Of a DNA stretch of 64,000 nt, positions 54,524 through 64,000 are shown piece after piece. Each line of letters starts with the position of its first letter. The stretch's first letter is position 1. Made by a program: the position numbers and the translations under genes. Source of the stretch: Azolla caroliniana (lineage: Eukaryota > Plantae > Polypodiophyta); assembly GCA_043228905.1 (NCBI GenBank), contig JBHGNT010000010.1:12524001-12588000 (forward strand), given 5' to 3'. Under the pieces are notes generated by a model, which worked only from the letters and a program-made list of their open reading frames with translations, had not been told where the DNA came from and did not search any database.

Positions 54524-57500
54524 ATTAAAAAGCACACAAGATGTGATCCACGATAGTCTACTTGGTTAGGATACTCGGCCCTCACCTGAGAGACCGGGGT
54601 TCAACTCCTGGCAATGGAAACGACAATATCATATATTAAATTTCGACGCATATCAGGTGTTAACTGTTTGATAACTCAAAAACTCAAGTCCTAAAGTAGG
54701 TGTTACAATAATGTACAATTAACAAAACAATCAACTTTATGTTTCAACGATTGATGACGAGCTTTACTTTGATTTTCTTCTCCTAACATCAACTTCTAAA
54801 CTTAATTCCACTATTCGATTAATGGTAGAGGTTTCGAAAGAAAATGGACAAAATATTATGTTGTTCGGGACAACAAGAAGAAGAAAATATTATCTGGTTA
54901 TTCCTCAACATTATTACGATAAATTAGTACACCAACAATTATAGTTTAGATAACGTGATACAATTTCAAACAATACGCATAGATTGCAAAATAATGTTCA
55001 ACCGTCAACAAGCTTTGCACCATTTTTTTTTATTTGGAGCATGGCACTAGAATAGTACATTAACTAACTCATTTACTAAATGAATTCCTATGTAATCGAG
55101 ATGCCTGGAATTGTTGATTTTTACCCGAGACACGTGGGTACAAGTACAACCATAGGAAAAACTAGATACATGATAGCTCATGAGTTAGTTTGGCATCGAT
55201 AAAAACCAGTGAATTTATTAAATCTTAAAAATGAGAGTGTGTTAGAATAACCCTCTGTTTCTTGTTGATGCTTGCACAATATATAAATATTATTTATCAC
55301 TAATCAATGATTGCAATATTAAAAAGTCTACAAGATGTGATCCATGGAAGCCTCGTTGGTTAGAATCCTCGGCTCTCATACGAGAGACTCGGGTTTAACT
55401 CCCGGCAATGAAAACGACAATATCATATATTAAATTTCCGAGGCATATCTTGTGTTAACTGTTTGAAAACTCAAAAACTCAAGACCTAAAGTAGATGTTA
55501 CAATCATGTACAATTAATAAAATAACCAATATTATCTTTCAAGGATTGATGACGAATATTGCTTTCCTTTTTTTCTCCTAACATCAATTTCTAAACTTAA
55601 TCCCATTATTCAATTAATAGTAGAGGTTTCAAATGAAATTTGACAAAATGTTATGTTGTTCGGGACAAGAAGAAGCAATATATTTAGTCATTTCTCAACA
55701 TGGTTATGACAAATTAGTACACCAACAATTATAGTTTGGATAACTTGATAGAATTTCCAAAAATACGCATGGATTGTAGAATAATGGTGAACTCTCGATC
55801 AACATTGCACCATATTTCTTTATTTGAAGCAAAGCACTAGAATATTACATTAACTAATTCATTTACTAAATGAATTCCATTGTAGTCTAGTTGATTCGGA
55901 TCCATGATTTTTACACGAGACTCCCGGGTACAGTAATTGGCATGGGAAAAACTAGATACATCATAGATCATGAGTTAATATCGCATCGATGGAAACCCTT
56001 GAAATTATTAAATCTTAAAACCGAGACTGTGTTAGAGTAATCCTCTATTTCTCGTTGATGCTTGCACAATATATAAATATTATTTATTACTAATCAATGA
56101 TTGCAATATTGAAAAGTACACAAGATATAATCCATTGTAGTCTTGTTGGTTAGGATACTAGGCACTCACCTGAGAGACCCGGGTTCAACCATAGCAATAT
56201 TATTGATTACTAATCAATCATGGCAATATGAATAAGTACACTAGATATGATCCATTGTAGTCCAGTTGGTTAGGATACTTGGCTCTCACCTTAGAGACCC
56301 GGGTTCAACTCCTAGCAATGGAAACGACAATATCATATATTAAAATTCCGATGCATATCATGTGTTAACTGTTTGATAACTCAAAAACTCAAGACCTAAA
56401 GTAGGTATCAAACAAAAACTCAAGACCTAAAGTAGGTATCAAACAAAAACTCAGGACCTAAAGTAGGTGTTACAATAATGTACAGTTAACAAAATATTCA
56501 ATATTATGTTTGGAGGATTGATAAAGAATTTTACTTTGGTTTTTTTCTCCTAACATCAATTTCTAAACTTAATCCCATTATTCAATTAATACTAGAGGTT
56601 TCAAATGAAATTTGACAAAACATTATGTTGTTCAGGACAAGAAGAAGTAGTATATTTAGTTGTGGTTATTCCTCAACATTGTTACGACAAATTAGTACAC
56701 CAAAATTTATAGTTTGGATAACTTGTTACAATTTCTAACATACGTATAGATTAAAAAATAATAGTCAACTGTTGATGATCATTGCACAATGTTTCTTTCT
56801 TTATAACAAAGGACTAGAATGGTACATTAACTAATTCATTTACTAAATGAATTGCATTGTAATCAAGTTGCCTCGGATCCTTGCATTTTTACCTGACACG
56901 CTCAGGTACAAGTAGACATATCATATATCATGAGTTAAATCTTAAAAACCCTTGAAATTATTAAATCTTAAAAATGACAGTGTGTTAGAATAATTCTCAG
57001 CTTTCGTTGATGCTTGCGCAATATATAAATATTATTTATTTCGAATCAATGATTGCAATATTAAAAAGCACACAAGATGTGATCCATTGTAGTCTAGTTG
57101 GTTAGAATACTCAGCTCTCACCCGAGAGACCCGGGTTCCACTCCCGGTAATGGAAAAGAAAATATCATATATCAAATTTTGCGACACATGTCATGTGTTA
57201 ACTGTTTGATAACTCAAAAACTCAAGCCCTAAAGTAGTTGTTAGAATAATGTACAATTAACAAAATAATCAATATTATGTTTGAAGGATTGAGAAAGAAC
57301 TTTACATTCAGGTTTTTCTCATCAATGGGATTAATCAAAACATCAATTTCTAAACTTAATCCCATTATTCAATTAATAGTAGAGGTTTCAAATGAAATTT
57401 GACAAAACATTAGGTTGCTCGGGACAAGAACAAGCAGTAAATTTAGTCGTGGCTATTTCTCAATATTGTTACGACAAATTGGTACACCGACAATTACAGT

Positions 57501-60500
57501 TTGGATAACTTGATAGAATTTCCAAAAATACGCATAGATTGTAGAGTAATGGTGAACCCTTGATTAACTTTGCACCATAGTTCTTTATTTACTAAATGAA
57601 TTCTATTCTAGACTAGTTGGTTCAGATCCTTGTTTTTGACTCGAGGCTTCTGGGTACAACAATAGGCTTTGGAAAAATTAGATACATCATAGATCATGAG
57701 GTAATGTCATATTGATAAGAACCATTCAAATTATTAAATCTTAAAAACGAGAGTGTGTTAGAATAATCCTCAGTTTCTCGTTGATACTTGCGCAATATAT
57801 AAATATTACTTATTACTATTCTATGATTGCAATATATCTATACATAAGATAGGATCCATTGTAGTCTAGTTAGTTAGGATACTCGGCTTTCACCTGAGAG
57901 ACCCGTGTTCAACTACCCGCAATGGAAACAACAATATCATATATTCAATTTCCGACGCATATCATGTGTTAACTGTTTGATAACTCAAGACCTAAAGTAG
58001 GTTTTACATTAATGTACAATATTATGTTTGACGGATCGATGACGAACTTTACTTTAATTTTATTCTCGTAACATCAATTTGTAAACTTAATCCCATTATT
58101 TGATTAATGGTATAGGTTTCGAATGAAATTGAACCAAACATTATGTTGTTCGGGACAACAAGAAGTAGTATGCTTAGTTGTGATTATTCGTCAACATTGT
58201 TACGATAAATTAGTACACCAACAATTATAGTTTGGATACCTTAATACAATTTCAAACAATAGGCATAGATTGCAGAATAATGCTCAACTGGCGACAAGCA
58301 TTGCACCATGTTTCTCTATTTGTAGCAAAGCACTAGAATAGTAAATTAACTAATTTATTTACTAAATGACTTCTATTGTAATCAAGTTGCCTCGAATCGT
58401 TGATTCTTACTTGAAACGCGATAGGAAAAACTAGATACATTATATATCATGAGTTAATGTGGCATCGATAAAAAGTTGTGAAGTTATTAGATCTTAAAAA
58501 TAAGAGTGTGTTAGAACAATCCTAAGTTTTCATTGATGCTTAAGCAATATATAAATATTATTGATTAGCAATCGGTGATTACAATATTTAAAAGTGTAGA
58601 AGATGTGATCCATTGTAGTCTAGTTGGTTAGAATACTCGGCTCTCACCTGAGAGACCCGGGTTCAACTCTTGGATATAGAAAAGACAATATCATATATAA
58701 AATTTTGCAACGCATGTCATGTCGTAACTGTTTGATAACTCCAAAACTCAAGACGTAAAGTAGTTACAATAATTTACAATTAACAAAGTAATCAATATTA
58801 TGTTTGAAGGATTGATAAAGAACTTTGCTTTGGTTTTTTTCTCCTAACATCAATTTCTAAACTTAATCCCATTATTCAATTAATAGTAGAGGTTTCAAAT
58901 GAAATTTGACAAAATATTATGTTGTACATGACAAGAAGAATCAGTATATTTAGTCGTGGTTAGTCCTCAACATTGTTATGACAAATTAGTACACCAACAA
59001 TTATAGTTTGGATAACTTGATACAATTTCCAAAAATACGCATAGATTGTCGAATAAAGATGAATTCTCGATGAGCATTGCACCATGTTTCTTTATTTGAA
59101 GTAAAGTAGTAGAATATTACATTAACTAATTCATTTACTAAATGAATTCCATTGTAGTCTAGTTCGTTCGGATCCTTGTTTGTTACACTAGACTCCCATC
59201 AGATATCATGAGTTAATGTGGCATCAACAAAAACCCTTGAAATTATTAAATCTTAAAAACGAGAGTGTGGTAGAATAATCCTCAGTTTTTCGTTGATGCT
59301 TGCGCAAAATATAAATATTATTTATTTCTAATCAATGATTGCAATATTAAAAAGCACATAAAATGTTATCCATTCATGTCTAGTTGGTTAGGATACTCGG
59401 CTCTCACCCAAGAGACCCGGGTTCAACTCCCGGCAATGGAAACCACAATGTCATATATTAAATTTCCAACGCATATAATGCGTTATCTGTTTGATAACTT
59501 AAAAACTCAAGACCTAAAGTAAATGTTACAATAATGTACAATTAACCAAATAATCAATATTATGTTTGAAGGATTGATGACGAGCTTTACTTTGATATTT
59601 CTCTCCTAACATCAATTTCTAAACGTAATCCCATTATTCGATTAATGGTGGAGGTTTCAAATGAAATTGGACAAAACATTATGTTGTTCAAGACAACAAG
59701 AAGCAGTATATTTGGATGTAGTTATTCATTAACATTGGTACGAAATTAGTACACCAACAATTATAGTTTGGATAACTCTATACAATTTCAAACAATACGC
59801 ATCGATTGTAGAATAATGGTCAACTATCGATGACTGTTGCACCATGTTTCTTTATTTGTAACAAAGTACTAGAAATGTAAATTAACTAATTCATTTACTA
59901 AATGAATTCCATTGTTATCAAATTGCCTCAGATCTTTGCTTTTTACCTGAGACGCCCGGGTAGAATTAGATATGTCAGGTATTTTATGAGTTAATGTGGA
60001 ATTTATAAAAACCCTTGAAATTATTAAATCTTAAAAATGAGAGTGTGCTAGAATAAACCTCAGTTTTTTGTTGATGCTTGCCCAAAATATAAATATTATT
60101 TATTTCTAATCCATGATTGCAAGATTAAAGAGCACACAAAATGTGATCCATTGTAGTCTAGTTGGTTAGGATACTCGGCTCTCACCCGAGAGACGTGGGA
60201 TATACTCCCGACAATGGAAACAACACTATCATAAATTAAATTTCCGATGCATATCATCTGTTAACTGTTTGATAACTGATAAACTCAAGACCTGAAGTAG
60301 GTGTTACAATAATGTACAATTAACAAAATAATTAATATTATGTTTGAACGATTGATGATGTAATTTACTTTAATTTTTTTCTCCTAACATCAATTTCTAA
60401 ACATAATCCAATTATTTGATTAATGTTAGAGGTTTCGAATGAAATTGGACTAGACATTATGTTGTTCGGCACAACAAGAAGCAGTATGTTTAGTTGGTGT

Positions 60501-61660
60501 TATTCCTCAACATTGTTACGATAAGTTAGTACACCAACAATTATAGTTTGGATACCTTAATACAATTTTAAACAATAGGCATAGATTGCAGAATAATGCT
60601 CAACTGTCCACAAGCATTGCAGCATGTTTCTTTCTTTATACCAAAGCACTAGAATAGTACATTAACCAATTCATTTACTAAATGAATTCCATTGTAATCA
60701 AGTTCCCTAGAATCGTTAATTCTTACTCGAAACGCGATCGGAAAAACTAGATACAATATATATCATGAGTTAATACTCGGCTCTCACCCGAGAGACCCGA
60801 GTTCAACTCTCGGGAATAGAAAGGACAATATCATATATAAATTTTTGCGATGGATGTCATGTCTTAACTGTTTGATAACTGAAAAACTCAAGACGTAAAG
60901 TAGTTACAATAATGTACAATTAACAAAATAATCAATATTATGTTTGAAGGATTAATAAAGAACTTTGCTTTGATTTTTTACTCCTCACATCAATTTCTAA
61001 ACTTAATCCCATTATTCAATTAAAAGTAGAGGTTTCAAATGAAATTTGACAAAATACTATGTTGTACGCGACAAGAAGAAGCAGTATATTTAGTCGTGGT
61101 TATTCCTCAACATTGTTACGACAAATTAGTACACCAACAATTATACTTTGGATAACTTGATACAATTTCCAAAAATATGCATAGATTCTCGAATAATGAT
61201 GAATTCCCGGAGAGCATTGCACCATGTTTCTTTATTTGAAGTAAAGCACTAGAATATTACATTCACTAACTCATTTACTAAATGAATTCCATTGTAGTCT
61301 AGTTGGTTCAGATCCTTGTTTTTTACACGAGACTCCCGGGTAAAACAACTCACATGGGAAAAACTAGATACATCATAGATCATGAGTTAATATCGCATCG
61401 ATAAAAACCCTTGAAATTATTAAATCTTTAAAACGAGAGTGTGTCAGTATAATCCTCAGTTTCTCGTGGATGCTTAAGCCATATATAAATATTATTGATT
61501 ACTAATTAATGATTACAATATTAAAATGTACACTAGATATGATCCATTGTAGTCTAGTTGGTTAGGATACTTAGGTCTCTCACAGCTCTCACCCGAGAGA
61601 CCTGTGGTTAACTCCCGTCAATGGAAACGACAATATCATATCTAAATTTCCGACGCATAT
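54524..61660 (+). repeat. tRNA-Glu-derived satellite, block 5
   Basis: Same monomer; copies at ~54547, 55341, 56251, 57083, 57855, 58609, 59369, 60147, 61543. Confidence 0.95.
56382..56467 (+). repeat. Local 31-bp tandem repeat (~2.8 copies)
   Basis: CAAAAACTCAAGACCTAAAGTAGGTATCAAA starting at 56382, 56413 and 56444. Confidence 0.85.
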
Positions 61661-62103
61661 TGTCATGATATGGCAAGACTCGAACCCATGACTTTATGCT
61701 ACATGGGTCGAGCTCTTACCATTAGACTATGAATTGTATTTTGTAGGATATTATTTTGATTTATACTTTATCATAGAAAATTGATGTATATTCCAGATCT
61801 CTCTAGAACATTCTAGAAGCTTCAGGATTATTCCTAAAAACACTATAAAAGGAGGCACAAAGCATTGTTTTGAACCAAATTGGTTCAACGCCAGTCTTAA
61901 GCCTCTTCGTCGCTTGTACTTATCTTTTCACATAATCTATTAGCTGCTGTCATCATCTCTCTCTCTCTCTCATTCTCGCTATCTCTCTCTCTCCTCTTCT
62001 CACTTCCTCTCTCGGGAATCTTACGCAGTCCCGTCCTCTTAGTACTAATAGTACTACTGTTCTTAGTACTAATTCCATCTCTGTTTTAGTACTATTCCTG
62101 ACA
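61661..62103 (+). repeat. 5' LTR of element 3 (443 bp, expanded CT tract)
   Basis: TGTCA...TGACA termini; TATAAAA at 61844-61850. Confidence 0.93.
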
Positions 62104-62105
62104 GT

Positions 62106-62117
62106 TTGAACCAATTT
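62106..62117 (+). promoter_or_regulatory. Non-tRNA (self-priming type) primer binding site
   Basis: TTGAACCAATTT is complementary to AAATTGGTTCAA at 61877-61888 in the LTR; no TGG start. Confidence 0.75.
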
Positions 62118-62172
62118 TTTCCTCTAGCCTACTTGTCACTTTCCCTCATCCTCCTACCCTTTTCCCTATACT

Positions 62173-63330
62173 ATGGCTACTGTTAGCGCCCAAGAATACC
62201 AATCCGTTTTCTCCGAGCTACAGTGCCTAAAAGAAAAGTTTGTTGCCCTGGAACAAGAAAACCAAAGGCTGATAGGGGATCTGCAACAAATCGCTCTAGA
62301 AAAACAACAAACGCAACAACAACATGGGGAGTTAGCGTTACGGGTACAACAACTCGAAGCAGCGTTGCAACAACAAGGATCTAGTCCCCAAGGATTTCAT
62401 AAAGAGCCCAAGATTGGACTTCCTGTGAAATTTGATGGAACGCGTTCGCAATTCCGGGGATTCCTTAATCATGTACACTTAGTCATCCAGATGCATCCTT
62501 CCCGATATCCCACTGATGCATCTCGAGTTGGCCTAATAGGCACGCTACTTAGCGGCTCAGCCTTGGCATGGTTTGCTCCGCTTCTAGAAAAACAATCGCC
62601 CTTACTTAATAACTTTGAAGATTTTATTGGTGAGTTTAAAGCCTGCTTTGGAGACACCGACAGCATCAGGACGGCGATCAACAAGATCCGGCGATTGCGT
62701 CAAGGCGATCGTCCAGCCTCCGCTTACGCGGCGGATATCCGCCTACTTGCTTCAGATATACCCTGGGATGATCAAGCACTAATGGAGCAGTTTCGCTATG
62801 GCTTGCGAAACGATGTCAAAGATCTACTTCTAACTTTCCCCGAAGAACCAAAGTCTCTTACGGAGGCAATCAGTCGAGCAGTTCGATGTGACAACCGCCT
62901 TTTTGAACGGCGTTCAGAACGTCAACTATAGATACCACGCTCTAGGCCAGAGCCCACTTACGCCTCAGTCGCAGCTAAACCATTTGCACAAGACATACCT
63001 CAAGCAAATACTTCGACACCGATGGAGATCGATACCATGCGTCGACGCGACCCGTTATCAGAAGAAGAAAAGAAACGATGACGTGCCAATCGATTATGTC
63101 TTTATTGCGGTGGACCAGGACATATCACCATCAATTGTCCCCATAGGCCAAGAAGACAGGTAAATCAAATCGTCACCTGTACTAAACCCGAGTCAATTCT
63201 TCCCTTCGGAGTGTCTGATAGTATTAATAGTACTAATAGAGTGTCAGATAGTATTCATAGTACTAATAGCCCAAGTATCTCAAATAAATTTGAAATCCTT
63301 AGTCAATTAGATGAAGAGTTAAACGATTGA
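62173..63330 (+). pseudogene. gag: gag of element 3 with premature stops
   Basis: ORF 62173-62931 continues in frame past TAG (from CAG) and TGA (from CGA) through CLYCGGPGHITINC to EELND*. Confidence 0.9.
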
Positions 63331-64000
63331 GTCTAGCCAAAATAGGAGCCATTTGGTTGGACAGCAGCCCTAGATCTGTACAGCCCATTAGTGGTTCCAT
63401 TCCTTCCAAGCAAGTTAGCAATGTGTTCCTAGCCCAAGTCATTGTTAGTACTAAAAGTACTCCCCCAGTACCCGTCCTAGCACTTTTAGATTCCGGAGCT
63501 AATTCCTGTTTCATGGATCGAAATTTTGCCCAAGCTTCTTAGATATGCCCCAAGCATCTGTAGTGGTCATTGATGGTCGTCCCATTGCTTCCGGGAATAT
63601 TGTAGAAGAATCAGAACCCATTCAAGTTGTCCTAGGTAGTTTTGTGTGTATAATATCATTTAATATAATTAGTAGTCCAGAGCATCCCATTGTCCTAGGA
63701 TTACCTTGGCTTGAATTACATAATCCAGCCATAGATTGGAGAACAAGAGAAGTCCGATATCGACCACCCCAAGAATCAACTCACCGAGTTTCGACCATTT
63801 CACTCCATCAACTACGCAAAGAAGGACCCAAGGAGGCAATGTTCCTATTTGCCATATCAGTACATCCTTCTAGCACTATTAAGAAGGACTCCTCAATACA
63901 ACTTCCGGCAAAATATCATCCTTATGCCGATGTATTTGACAAGGTAAAAGCCGATACCCTTCCTCATCACCGTCCCTATGACTGTCCCATCGATTTACAA
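63318..64000 (+). pseudogene. pol: 5' part of pol (protease) of element 3
   Basis: LLDSGANSCF active-site motif in the -1 frame relative to gag; IVLGLPW; [13 protein letters not shown] at the window end; stop at 63540. Confidence 0.9.

Larger units (their letters stand above)
61661..64000 (+). mobile_element. Second copy of the Tcn1-like chromovirus, cut by the window end
   Basis: LTR 61661-62103 matches the reverse complement of the element 2 LTRs; gag and protease follow. Expected TSD CATAT (61656-61660) cannot be verified here. Confidence 0.95.

Noticed and set aside
1-61660. CRISPR-like array (conserved structured repeat with spacers)
   Set aside because: Spacers are homologous to each other, units are ~800 bp, there are no cas genes and the context is eukaryotic.
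5399-61661. General claim that all retroelements target tRNA genes
   Set aside because: With a tRNA-derived unit every ~260 bp, proximity is unavoidable, and the five sites fall at different monomer positions.

Overview
Eukaryotic, repeat-only window with no host protein gene; a plant, probably a moss (inferred from the plant-type tRNA sequences and the retroelement families). About 46 kb is one head-to-tail, single-orientation, AT-rich satellite with a ~780-800 bp monomer built from a tRNA-Glu gene. Each monomer appears to be an ancient trimer of a ~260 bp 'tRNA-Glu + spacer' unit: one near-intact tRNA-Glu(CTC, sometimes TTC), one full-length degenerate copy and one barely recognisable relic. 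About 60 near-intact-type copies were counted by eye. Five retroelements are inserted in the array: (1) a full-length non-chromovirus Ty3/gypsy element, 5399-12469 (+), with a tRNA-Trp PBS, 4-bp TSD and a predicted -1 frameshift pseudoknot between protease and RT; (2) a full-length Tcn1-like chromovirus, 14634-20180 (-); (3) a 5'-truncated L1-like LINE, ~47278-49675 (-); (4) a solo LTR, 54090-54523; (5) a second copy of the chromovirus from 61661 to the window end (+). Both unrelated gypsy families carry an antisense tRNA-like A-box/B-box module near the U3 end of their LTRs. All counts and alignments are by eye.
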